64,000 nucleotides of DNA from Octopus sinensis. Taxonomy: Eukaryota. The translations under genes were made by a program, and so were the position numbers. Below the pieces are notes generated by a model. It saw only the letters and a list, made by a program, of their open reading frames with translations, ran no database searches and had not been told where the DNA came from. Location: positions 165,044,001 to 165,108,000 of the forward strand of contig NC_042998.1 in assembly GCF_006345805.1 (NCBI RefSeq), read 5' to 3'. Positions 1-12,399 of the stretch are shown here, in pieces. Numbering within the stretch: the stretch's first letter is position 1; each line of letters opens with the position of its first letter.

Positions 1-140
1 CAACTGGTACTTAATTTATCGACCCCGAAAGGATGAAAGGCAAAGTCGACCTCGGCGGAATTTGAACTCAGAACGTAACGGCAGACGAAATACGGCCACG
101 CATTTCGCCCGGCGTGCTAACGTTTCTTTCAGCTCGCCGC
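1..140 (-). mobile_element. tRNA-derived SINE, family A (cut by window start)
   Basis: Reverse complement reads GCGGCGAGCTG..AAACGTTAGCACGCCGGGCGAAATG...GAGTTCAAATTCC (A/B boxes), then GACTTTGCCTTTCATCCTTTCGGGGTCGATAAATTAAGTACCAG. More than 12 copies occur in the window. The central part resembles the MetaSINE domain from memory (unverified). Confidence 0.9.
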
Positions 141-1512
141 CTTTCTATATATATATATATAATTCCAAGAGAGTTAGAAGTTGTGAATCTAACCAACTAA
201 GGGATAATATCTATCCAATATACTGTGGTAGAATACCCAATTATTAATACACAAGTGGTTTTTCATTGCACTACTGAATGTAATAAATGGGTGAGAGTAA
301 AAATTGTTTTACCCTTAATTTATACGGTAATAAGAAAATGGAAGGGATCAATAGGTGGTATTCATCAACTTTTAGACATTATATTATATCTATTTATTTA
401 TTCAAAAATAACAATTATAACAATATACATACATGTATAACATTTTATGCTTTACATATATAAAAATACCAGTAATTATTAAAATATATAACGTAGAACA
501 TAGAAAGTAGTATAGTTTCTTACAGTTGTTTCAACCAAGAGGTCATAGTACCCCACTTTACTTCCATCCCTTCGGTGAACTGAAGTATTTGGTAGATAAG
601 ATTAAGATACTTGGGTGTATCTCTGGGCTTCGTCAAAGAGTTTAGAAAGTTCATAAGGTTAAGTTATAAATATAAATACATACATATATAAAGACTTTTA
701 CATATACATACATATACATAAATCTACATAAATACATATCTATACATTTATATTTATATGTATATGCATACAAAGGAATCAATTATTATTATTATTAGGT
801 GTATTATATTATTCTTATTAGATAAAGTGTAAACACAGGACAGAGAAAATTATCAAAAGATAATAATCTATCTTAAAATCTATATTAAAATTTTTGTAGT
901 TTTGTAGGAATGAAAAGGTATATAAATGAGGAATACACAAACATACACAGACACAGAAAGACAGTCAGACACAGACAGACACACACACCACACACACACA
1001 TTTACGTACAAACATACCCTAAGGTACATACATATTTCATGTATTGAGAAGGGAGGATTACTGTAGTAGTTCGCATTTTGATTTTTATATTATTATAATA
1101 ATTATACACAAACATATATATATATATAAATACAAACATGCGATATGTTTTCTTTTGAGGGATTGAGATAAAGGTCCACAATTAGTGGTTTAGAGTTTAT
1201 ATCAATACCTGTGATATTAGTTGGTACTAAAAGTAATAAATTTCAGGGTATTAATCAAGACACTTTATTATTTTCCGTTAGTTTTTGTTTATCGAGTTGC
1301 TGAAATCCTGCAGGAAGTGGGGAGCGGGTTATGGTCTGTCCCGTAATCTAATTAGTCATCTATTTTGGAAGGCCATGACTTTGTTATGGTTGGTTAATGG
1401 CCAACCGATAACATAAACAACAAAGTAGACAAAAATATATAAATGTATACAAATAAAAAACAAATAATCCGAGGTTAACTGTTAGTAGGTAGGATAGTAA
1501 AAGTCAATAAAG

Positions 1513-1566
1513 CAATTAATATAGGGATATATATTAATTTATTAATATATATCCCTATATTAATTG
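1513..1566. repeat. Perfect 26-bp inverted repeat, 2-nt loop
   Basis: CAATTAATATAGGGATATATATTAAT-TT-ATTAATATATATCCCTATATTAATTG. Confidence 0.95.
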
Positions 1567-1624
1567 ACCTTCTTCACTACCTCTTCTACTTTTTTCCAGA
1601 ATGGACAGTTGTTTCATAAGCTTG

Positions 1625-2676
1625 TTTCATAATAATTCAGTGACATTTGGGTTCTCATCGAGTTTGGGTTCTGCAGTTGTCATTGTGGGTCTCCCTCAGA
1701 AACGTATCTACATCTTTTCTGGAGCTGGTCGATTGCCCTGATTTAGTCTCACCCAATAGCGTTTGGGTGAACTTAAAATAGTTCCTGATTAACCATGCCC
1801 TTTTTCTCTCCTTTAGTTTCTCCCGCTTCCGGTTGCTTTCCTCCCTTCTAAGCCAATTCAGACGTTCTCGGAGCTGAATTGTGAAGTTCTTGATACCTTT
1901 CCTTTCTTCGTCAGGTGCTCCTTTATACTGATAATTGAGTCTCTTGATTTCTCCCCTCAAGTGATGCCTCTCTCTTTCTCTTTTGCTCATATCCTTTCTG
2001 ACTGCCGTGATAACCGGTCTGTTTTCTGTTTCGAAGCGATCTTTCGCTATATTGAATATGATAGTTACAAGAGCATTCGCATTTTGCTCAGTTGTACCTG
2101 CTAGCGTGCATTCTAATATTTTGTCGAGGTGTTGGTTTAGTTGTTTCATTCATCTTGCGACATATTGTTCGATGTATCGCTGGATGGGACTGACCGTCTG
2201 GGGTGGTGGTATTTGGGTTGGTCGTACCATCCGAGGACTTGGGTTTAAACTGGCGCTGAGAGACTTCCAGTTCTGTAGGGTGCTTCCTGCCTGTGGCGTT
2301 CTCCTGTGTTTCAGCAGGTGTTACCATTGTACGCTGCACCTGTGGTTACTCTTTTCTACAGCCGGACTTGGTTCGGTGTACATTGAACCTTTTCGTGTAA
2401 TTGTAGATTTTCCGCAGCGACATATTGCTTTCAATATCTTCTCATTAATGAGGTTTGAGGCAGTCTCTGTGTCCCTAAATACTTCCTGGTCGTTACTACT
2501 GAATCTGCCATGATAAGTCTCTCATCCTCTCCACCCTCTAAGGAGACAGTTGGTGTGTCGCTTGATCATGATTTATGTAACCGATTGGGTGCTTTTCGCA
2601 AGGGCTGTGCTTGACGTTGCTAGCCTCATAGGCCCATGCCCAACTTTCCTGGTAGACACTGGTTTCCCAGAACCGA
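1625..2676 (-). mobile_element. HERO-like (R2/NeSL-superfamily) non-LTR retrotransposon, 5' part, decayed
   Basis: With frameshifts it reads CRCGK..H..GC..QRT..PAETQE (N-terminal Zn-finger region). ORF 1655-2149 reads LDKILE...ERLNWLRREESNRKREKLKERKRAWLIRNYFKFTQTLLGETKSG...DVDTFLRETHND, resembling the pre-RT region of HERO elements. The RT domain is absent. Confidence 0.7.
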
Positions 2677-2719
2677 ATGTTATTAATAAAACCTAGAGAG
2701 TGCTTCTTTTCCATTCATC

Positions 2720-2736
2720 AACACACACACACACAC

Positions 2737-2782
<46 letters not shown>

Positions 2783-2855
2783 AACATCATATATATGAAT
2801 ATATATATGTATGTATATATATGTATATATATATATATATGTATATAAATGTATG

Positions 2856-2886
<31 letters not shown>

Positions 2887-2905
2887 ATATATATACGTAT
2901 ATATG

Positions 2906-2937
<32 letters not shown>

Positions 2938-2969
2938 TAAATATATATACATATGTATATATATATATA

Positions 2970-3019
<50 letters not shown>

Positions 3020-3133
3020 TATATGTATGTATATTCAGCAGAATTCCACACAGTTCCCTACTACCAAATTCACTCGCAAAACAATGATCGGCCCAGGTCA
3101 ATGTTTTTGTCTTCGCGTGTGTAGGTATGTGTT

Positions 3134-3201
<68 letters not shown>

Positions 3202-3225
3202 GTATGTATGTATATATAAATATAG
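2720..3225. repeat. (CA)n/(TA)n/(TATG)n microsatellite tract
   Basis: Direct inspection; source of the YI-rich spurious ORFs. Confidence 0.95.
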
Positions 3226-3825
3226 TCACGTCTATATTGTCTATAATAATCTATTGATGTATTGCTAACAGATGCAGAGCAGAGAACTAAAGAAACAAAA
3301 GTAATAGAAAAGTGATTAATTAAAATATATAAGAAATCCTGTAAGTGACTTTACCTAAAAGTGCTTGAGTGGAGTGTACAAGACTTAAATAGCGATATAT
3401 CATGCAGCATCTGAAGGAAATCAAACATTCTTCTCACTGAATTCTTCATACCATACAAAATGTATATTTTGTCTTGTCAAAAAAATGAGAACACAAAGAA
3501 AATAATATCTATAAATATTTGGCTTCAATGAAATTCGAAATATTTTTACTTGAATCTATTAATCATGTGATGTACAACAGCACTTTGTAAACTAACAGTA
3601 TTTCATACATACATACATTTATACACACATACATGCATACATACATATGTATGTGTGTGTATTTATGTATGTTTGTATATATGTGTATACACATATATAT
3701 ATATATTGATAGAGGGATTTAGATATAGATACACATATACACACACAGACATATATATATGCATGTGTATACACATGTAGATATGTGTGTATGTGTGAGT
3801 GAGAGAGAGAGAAAGAGAGAGAATG

Positions 3826-3863
<38 letters not shown>

Positions 3864-4627
3864 CATATGCGTATCCAAGGCGGGCAATATGATAAACGGT
3901 AGGATAAAGTATAATTGTATCTCCTTTATATCTCCAACAACCCTTCAGAGCCAAATTGTTAAGTTTTTTTCATTTACATTAGACACAAACTTTTGGTACG
4001 CAGAGTTTGTGTTAATCTTAATGTAGGCAGCATGTAACAGCTTACTAGAAATAAATGAGACAAAAAGAAATATAACATAATTAGTCAATGTCTAATATTA
4101 TTCTAATTGTTTTAGAAATAAGGCTGGAAATTACGGAGATATTTATATTTTAGAGAGCTGGAGAAAATGTCTTGCGTAAATTGTTCCACCATTTTAGATA
4201 ATGAGTTTCAATTCCATCGTGTTCAGCTCTGACTATGATACTTTCGAGACTGATAAACTAAAATAGAAACCAGTACTATGGTTTGTATAATCGAATGATA
4301 CCAGCTCACAAAGTGCTGGCTTTGTGTACAAACTAGAAATATTTGTGACCTCAGCCATATAGTAGTATCTTCAATGCTGTAGTGATGGTGGAATCAAATG
4401 ATCAATAAGTATATTATCCTTGTGGTATTAGGTGATTTAATATTTTAGCGATCCTCTCATCACTACTTTAGAAAATGCGATGGAGGCTGTACTTAGGGAA
4501 AAACAGTAAAATGCATGAAAAAAACTTTGTATTTCTATGAAGTTCATTCAACGCCATTTTGTTTTCTGTTTCAGGTAGTACCTGGGGTGGAGAGCATCGC
4601 TTTTTTGTATCATGTGTTTGTTTTTTA

Positions 4628-4950
4628 TTAACCTTTGAAATCGGAGCAACCTTTCTGCCGCACCCTATAATAATACTGAAATATATGCGGTGTTTTTAGG
4701 TGTATTTGCCATAAATTGAAAATAGTATAAATTGTTGACGTTTGCTTTTTATTCTTTAGCATATAATTAAATTTAAGTAGCACTTTTATGCAATGTTGAA
4801 CAAATATCGCTATGTTTTTTAACCTTAATAGCTTGGAAGTGATCTCTGATGACACTGATGAACTTGACTGAACCAAGAATTCTCAATTTAATCTGCATTT
4901 CCAGCCTCTGAAAATCCAGTGGTTTATCCACGGTGCCAACTTCGGCAGGA
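4628..4950 (-). mobile_element. Tc1/mariner remnant(s)
   Basis: TIR-like TA-TAGGGTGCGGCAGAAAGG (minus, ~4650-4673) and a frameshifted P..NPLDF..W motif (minus, ~4900-4940). Confidence 0.4.
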
Positions 4951-4997
<47 letters not shown>

Positions 4998-5276
4998 CGA
5001 TAGATAGAGAGAGGAGAGAGAGAGAGAGAGAGAGTGAGAGAGACACAGAGAGAGAAAGAAAGAGAGATACATAGATAGACAGCCGTCAACTGATGAAGGG
5101 TCGTTCCATGTGTTACTTGTTCTTCTTCCATTCGTTTCTCTCGTTGTTTGCGTATTTAACTCATTTGTCTTCATATTTCATGTTGTTTACTGTTGATGAC
5201 GTCCTGTACCCATATATATCGTCAGTAAATCATAAATCCGAAAAAGAAGCACTCTCGAAGTTATAGAGCTGTAGGG

Positions 5277-5503
5277 TATATAGATAAAGACAGATATGGC
5301 CGGTTTATGGGGTTATCCGGAGTTTCACGTTTTTAAAGCGCTTAGGTTTACAACGTTTCTACAGTCCCTAAATCAGTTGGACTATGACCTCCCTGGCTAG
5401 GGAGGTCATAGGCCAACGGGTTTATGGTCTGAAAAAATGCTGTAAAGCTTTAAGAACGCGAAAACCCGGGTAACTCCATAAACCGGCCATATCTATCTTT
5501 ATA
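5277..5503. mobile_element. Fully palindromic foldback/MITE-like element
   Basis: The two ~110-bp arms align as reverse complements (AGATATGGCCGGTTTATGG...CCATAAACCGGCCATATCT). The centre is the perfect hairpin CTATGACCTCCCT-GGCT-AGGGAGGTCATAG (5382-5411). Flanked by TA runs. Confidence 0.85.
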
Positions 5504-6151
5504 TATATCTATATATACATATATATAGCAGCTTATACATATTTAGTCTTAGTTCTGGGTTAACATACTTAATGTAATGAAATAACATTATCGTTTAATC
5601 AATTAAAGCTACATCCGTAACGAGAAAAAATTTCTTTTACATTACTAGTAATTCTTGTCAAGAAGTACAAAGGAGAGAACTTCAACGTTTTAAATTAAAT
5701 GGAAATATAGACAGTTTTGGTTGATACAATAACAATTCTGAACATGTTTTGCGATTAATTAACCTTCTCAGCGAAGTATAATTTAACACATAAGCTTATA
5801 AGTCTCTGATTTCATGTCCTGATGAGGTTGTATTTACTTTTCAGTCCTACGTGGTTGATACATTAAGTATCAATCAAGTACTGGGATACGAAGGTGTACG
5901 GCCAAATAACGAATTTTATAGCTTGGTCTTACGATTGTAAGGACATAGGTTTAATTCTTGGATCACGTGGTATTTTGAGTCTCAAAACAACGTACACCAT
6001 TTTATGCTGCGTCAGCCCACTCAGCTAAATGCGAGTACTAGCAGTAGCAACAGCAACATGTCGGCTGGATACAGAGCAGCCCCCATTAGTTTACCTTCTT
6101 GCAATATTACGAAATTTGCCGTATGGAGCAGCCGCTTTGATATAGCCACAT

Positions 6152-6371
6152 TATATTCTTTTCTACTCTAGGCACAAGGCTCAAAATTTTTGGGGAGGAG
6201 GCCAGTCGATTAGATCGACCTCACTACGCAATTGGCACTTAATTTATCGACTCCGAAAGGATGAAAGGCAAAGTTGACCTCAGCGGAATTTGAACTCAGA
6301 ACGTAAAGACAAACGAAACAGCGCTAGGCATTTCACCCAGCGTGCTAACGTGTCTGCCAGATCGTCGCCTT
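6152..6371 (-). mobile_element. SINE family A, near full length
   Basis: Same head, B box and central motif as 1-140, plus tail. Confidence 0.9.
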
Positions 6372-6739
6372 ACAGAATCCGCGAAATTCTATGTTCGATA
6401 TGTAAATTCCAACGAAGCAGAGCTGCTCTGTAAATGTGAATATTTCTTTCAAAATCTATGAAATATTTATGGAGCATAATATTTATAACTTGCAGCTGCT
6501 CTACCCAGACGGTGGATTTACATGTATACCATTATTGGCGCATTTGGCTAAGTGTTGAAATGACCGTCTCGTCCAGATGATGCGCATTTTACAAATACTG
6601 TCGGTAAACGGTGTAGAAAAGAGAATATTTCCAGAAACTTTTAAAATTTCAACATGCAACTCTTTTTGTTATACAAACTCCAGCAATCAAGCTTTGCTTC
6701 TTCGTCGAATATCCGCTTCTTTCTTACAGGAAGGATTCA

Positions 6740-6858
<119 letters not shown>

Positions 6859-6859
6859 T

Positions 6860-7262
6860 TTTGTGGGAGGGAACTAGCTGATTATATAGGCCCCAGTACT
6901 CAACTAATACCTATTTAATTGATTCCCGAAAGGATGAAAGGCATAATAAGCGTCGGCGGAATTTGAACTCAGAACGTAAAGCCGGCCGAAATGCCGCTAA
7001 GGATTTTGCCCGGCGTGCTAACGACTCTGTCATCTCGCTGCCTTAATAATCCTTCCTGCTATAAGCACAATGCCTGACATTTGTGGGAGAGGATAGTTGA
7101 TTACATCGAACCCAGAACACAGCCGCTACTTATTTTATCGACCCGGAAAGAATAAAAGTTTAAGTGGACCTCGGAAGAATTTGAACTCAGAACGTGAAAA
7201 AGGACGGAATGGCGTTAGGCATTTTGTCCGACGCGCTAACAATTCTTCCAGCTTGCTACCTC
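6860..7262 (-). mobile_element. Two tandem SINE family A copies
   Basis: GGAATTTGAACTCAGAACGT occurs twice (~6960 and ~7180) with flanking family motifs. Confidence 0.85.
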
Positions 7263-7907
7263 AATAATAATATAAATAATGAAATACATGCATGTGCATG
7301 GCGGTGGTGTGGTAGACAGTCAACTCACATCGTGTACGGCTACATCATTGACACCGATAATATTTCTTAAAGACAAAAGGAACAAAGATCACAACCTTTC
7401 GTCAACCAGAGAATAGTGACTGTTACCGCATAGGCTACAACAACCATGATCTCTCGCGACAGAGAGAACCTACTGGAATTGTAGTATTTCATCGTCGAAA
7501 AGACAAAGGTCACTTTTGAAACGATCGTTGTCGATTTATAGTTCTAAGAAATTCTCGTGCGAGAAATTGATTTTAATGAATGAAGCGTGCACAGAATTTC
7601 CTTCTCTTTACAGTTAGAATATACTAATTCCCGGTAGGACAACTAGGAACTAAACGAGCTAAATGGTATTACATCAAATTATCATTTTATTAGAGACAGA
7701 GTACGGATAATTCATTCTCGAATTAGACTCTAAGTTGGTTTATCCGGCTTCTCAAGAATTTCTATACCCCGAATGCACTTGCTTACATTAATGCAGGCAA
7801 GCGTACATGCGTACATATGTACATACATACGTAGATATGTACGAACAAACATACTTACGTCCATACATCCATGCATTTATACATGCCTATACAAATATAT
7901 ACATACT

Positions 7908-7958
<51 letters not shown>

Positions 7959-8138
7959 ATACATATATATATACATATATATATATACACACACACAAAC
8001 ACACACACATATATATATATAAATTTATATATATAAAATTTTTGATGAGTAGAACGTGGACGACGTATCATATTTCTGAGACATACGTTACCTAACGGTG
8101 ACTTTATATTAAGCAAGCAGAATACACGCACGCGCAGA

Positions 8139-8182
<44 letters not shown>

Positions 8183-8574
8183 GAGAGTGACATGGCACAG
8201 AAGGCTTTAATTAAGTATTATCCTAACATAATAAGATTACCAATGAAGGCAATCATGCAATGTCAATATATGCATATATATATATATATATATAATATAT
8301 ATATATATATATACATGTCTGTGTGTGTGTATATATATATATATACATACACAAACACACACATACACACACACACACACACACGCACACACACACACAC
8401 ACACACATATATTATATATATATATATATATATCAACACACACACACATATAATGTATTTCCGTATGTATAGGTTTTATTGTATAATTTTAACCTGTCCC
8501 CAAAGCCACAAACTTTAATCAATCAATATATACAACCCGATATATCAATCTCTGTTGATGTCTTTGTTATTGCT

Positions 8575-8593
8575 CTCATTATTATTATTATTA

Positions 8594-8641
<48 letters not shown>

Positions 8642-8691
8642 TATTATTATTATCATCATCATTATCATCATCATCATCATCATCATTATTA

Positions 8692-8734
<43 letters not shown>

Positions 8735-8757
8735 CATTATTATCATTATTATTATTA

Positions 8758-8812
<55 letters not shown>

Positions 8813-8870
8813 CATTATTATTATTATTATCAATCTTATTGTTATTATTGTTGTTGATATTGTTGTTTTA
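8575..8870. repeat. (ATT)/(ATC)n compound microsatellite
   Basis: Direct inspection. Confidence 0.95.
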
Positions 8871-9101
8871 GATTTGTATTTATTTTACTTATATATTTTT
8901 ACTATTATCTTTTCCGTAATAATCTCTTCTCTTGGTTCCTTGCCATAGACTGGACTGAATAATGGAAATAAAAATTAAAGGCGAAAAATAAATTATTAAT
9001 ATATATTGCAAAAGTACGCGTAAGGAATCAATATTCTTCAGTAACACGACTTCGGACATTATGAATTTTAGACAGAGAACTATCAATCCTAAAATTGAAT
9101 A

Positions 9102-9157
<56 letters not shown>

Positions 9158-9164
9158 TTCTCTA

Positions 9165-9198
<34 letters not shown>

Positions 9199-9350
9199 CC
9201 ACTTTTTCGTCATGCTATGAACGTATTAGCTCATGTTTGAATGTATGCCCCTACGTCGTTTGCACGTACGTACATTTGTATGTATGCATGTATGGATGGG
9301 TAGGTGCATCCATATCTATGTAATTGCATTCGAGATGGATGCCTATATAC

Positions 9351-9399
<49 letters not shown>

Positions 9400-9402
9400 T
9401 GT

Positions 9403-10530
9403 GTGTACTTTATTAAAAGGCAGCAAAAATGTCACCAAAATTGTTAATCAGAGTTTCACGTTCTCGTTCGTCGGACAGTTTTGCTTAAAATGGAACAAAA
9501 ATAAGGTTATATGCATAAATATACAATTATTTTGATGAATACACATTTGAAAATAGTTTTGTTTCATTGGTCCTTTCAACTAACGGTCTTTTCGATAACC
9601 GTTTGCATGCACTAACAAATTGCGGTATAAAATCATATTGTTATAAAAAAATCGAAGAAAACCCTAAATGAAAAATAGCTTGTAAAGAAGGACAAGGCCT
9701 AAATACCAAGGGTAAATAATTAGTTATAAAATTGTAATAAATTAAAAGATATATCCGTTAAAGAAAATTATTAGAAAAATTAAATTCCGCCAATTCAATA
9801 ACCAACTCCAGAGAGATATGAAGGAAAAAAATAGACATAAAGAACTCGGATAAAATCTTCGTAAACTCCGGCAAGACAAAAAATTTATACGCGGTTGACA
9901 AAGATGATTATAAACGTCTACTTTCGAGAAGCATTACAAAAAAGGTAACACAAGTTTATATAAAGAGGTGAATTGGAGGCACGAAGAAAATTTGTGACAG
10001 GATAGAATACCTTCCTACACATTAACACTCTATTACCCTAAAACACCACTAAGCTAAGTTCAATAGAAACCCTAAATGTAGACCAGTTAACCCAGCTAAA
10101 ACTGAAATAGGCATTATTAGCAAATTTACTTTAGATCATTTTAAGCAAGTTAAATAGTGAATTAAATTTACGGATTTGGAAAAAATAGCAAGTCAGTGAT
10201 AGATTGGTTCAAAGGGATTAGCCATAAGCATAACTGCAAATTTACGCAGTTTGATATTGTCAATTTTCACCCATCAATATCTATTCCTTTGCTTCTAAAA
10301 GCATTGGTATTCAGGCTTGGTCCTTCTTTATAAGATATTTTTGATTTAGGGTTTTCTTCAATTTTTATAACAATATGATTTTATACCGCAATTCGTTATC
10401 GCAATACCGTTATACCGCAATACCGTTATTTGAAAGGACCAATGAAACAAAACCATTTTCAAATGTATATTCGTGAACCTCTGAGTAACAGTTTTTGTGC
10501 TATTTTTGATGCTTTTAAATAAAGCGTATT
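9403..10530 (+). mobile_element. Penelope-like element (Naiad-like RT), internally deleted, with inverted 5' pLTR and sense 3' pLTR
   Basis: 9710-10305 translates with disablements to IFVNSGKTKNLYAVDKDDYKRLL...NPKCRPVNPAKTEIGIISK...DWFKGI...FTQFDIVNFHPSISIPLLLKAL. 9403-9710 is the reverse complement of 10305-10530, and both arms end in AATAAAG. Confidence 0.8.
9437..9482 (-). ncRNA. Type I hammerhead ribozyme motif (mutated copy) in PLE pLTR
   Basis: AAAACTGT-CCGACGA-ACG(AGAA)CGT-GAAA-CTC-T-GAT-TA-ACAATTTT. The partner half-copy at 10472-10495 (+) reads CGT-GAAC-CTC-T-GAG-TA-ACAGTTTT. Confidence 0.75.
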
Positions 10531-10616
10531 ACTCTACTTCTGGTATTCGAATACTATTTTATCCACCTTGTTTCTCATTTATGTGCTTATTTTGGTATAT
10601 ATATATATATATATAT

Positions 10617-11808
10617 ATGTTAATAAAATAGAATATATGCATATATATAAACATATATGTACGTACCTACCTCTACATGTACATATACACGCATATATGT
10701 GTACAGGACACCAAAAAGACGTCGAACACATAGAGAGACGAAACACATAGACACAAACCAAGGAACAAGACAAGCAAAAAAAAGGGAGAGATACAGGACA
10801 ATAAGCACAACGAAAAATCCCCTTCTTCAGTCGCTAAGATTTCATCTACTAACGTTTCGAAGGATAAAAGCGAGACGTATACTTCGAAGAAAAATTCCTT
10901 CCCGCGAAAAGCAATCAATTAAAATTCTGAGATCTTTTCGCAGAGGGGTAAAAAAAAAGCAAGACGGTAACGACAGTACAAACATATAAACAGTAAAAAA
11001 TATATATATAAACAGTGGAAAAATAAATATATAACAGTGAGAGACAAGACAAGGAGAACAAGATAAGAAGGGCTGTTAACGCCAGACGAAAAAAGTATTG
11101 TAAACGCTGGATTATCGTGGAAGACAGAGAGGGAAATTTTGTCAACCAAAAGCCTTGCGAGGCGGGCGAGAAAGGACAGGACAGCAGTCACGACGGAAGT
11201 ATCGTCGCAGATGGATGACGGGAATGGGGGAGGAGGAGCAAGAGGAAGAGAGAGAAGAAGGGGAATGGTGCGAGGAGACCATGAAGAATGGTGAAAGGGA
11301 GAGAGAGAATGAAGAATGAGAGAGAGAGGAAGAGACAAGTTAAGTGAGGGAAAAAAAAAAGACGAAAAAGGGAATGGGAGAGAAAGAAAGAAAGAAAGAA
11401 AGATGCAGAGTCGCGTGAGAGTTAATATCAAGGCTAACTTGATAAACAGAACAATCTTACTTAGTAGGGTGCGTGCGTTTAATCGTATAATATGTTAATA
11501 AAATAGAATATATGCATATATATAAACATATATGTACGTACCTACCTCTACATGTACATATACACGCATATATGTGTACAGGACACCAAAAAGACGTCGA
11601 ACACATAGAGAGACGAAACACATAGACACAAACCAAGGAACAAGACAAGCAAAAAAAAGGGAGAGATACAGGACAATAAGCACAACGAAAAATCCCCTTC
11701 TTCAGTCGCTAAGATTTCATCTACTAAACGTTTCGAAGGATAAAAGCGAGACGTATACTTCGAAGAAAAATTCCTTCCCGCGAAAAGCAAATCAATTAAA
11801 ATTCTGAT
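10617..11808 (-). mobile_element. Partial tandem (~1.36 units of ~875 bp) non-autonomous element, probably PLE-derived
   Basis: 10617-10930 and 11491-11808 are near-identical direct repeats around a ~560-bp core. The core has a frameshifted RLQYFFRL(G)VNSP, similar to PLE endonuclease C-termini. Both outer ends lie in (TA)n. Confidence 0.5.
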
Positions 11809-12399
11809 ATATATATATATATATAATATATAGAGAGAGAGAGAACAAAGTAATTCCATTCCACACGGGTAGAAATATAGGAAAAATAGAATTTGAAAAT
11901 GTACTGAGAATAGTAAAAATATTTTTATTAATATATTTAAAGCTTTAACCGTTATCACAATTTACAAAGTTCAAATAGAAAGACGTTGTTTATGTCTTGC
12001 TTCTGACTAGTGTTTGAAACTTGCCTATTTTTATCAGGAGTTCATGGCTCAAATTAGTATATGTTTTGAATAAGATTTGATTGGTAGAGGATAGTCACAT
12101 GACTGGTCTTAGAAACTTTTGTACGCTCCCCGCTACGTCCGTGTGTTAGTATCAAGTGACTATATTTGGCGTCGTAAGTTAAGGCTGACACGGTTGCATG
12201 AACATGTCCAAATAATCAATATTCAGAATGTTTTCTCTCAAGTGTTTGTAAAGAATGAACACATAAGTTTATAACTTTTTGTACGTTTCCCGCTATGTTC
12301 GTGCGTTAGTGTCACGTGACAGTATTTTTGCGTCTAAAATGAAGGCTCACACATTTGAGTGAACATAATCAAGGAACTCCAAATTTAATCTGTCTAGTA

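Noticed and set aside
2677-3257. Long YI/HT/VC/poly-I/poly-L ORFs here and throughout the ORF track
   Set aside because: Read-through of (TA)n, (CA)n, (TATG)n and (ATT)n microsatellites; no coding complexity.
7590-7640. Strong plus-strand acceptor followed by a 20-nt micro-exon
   Set aside because: Weak donor (GTAGGA) and no partner exons identifiable.
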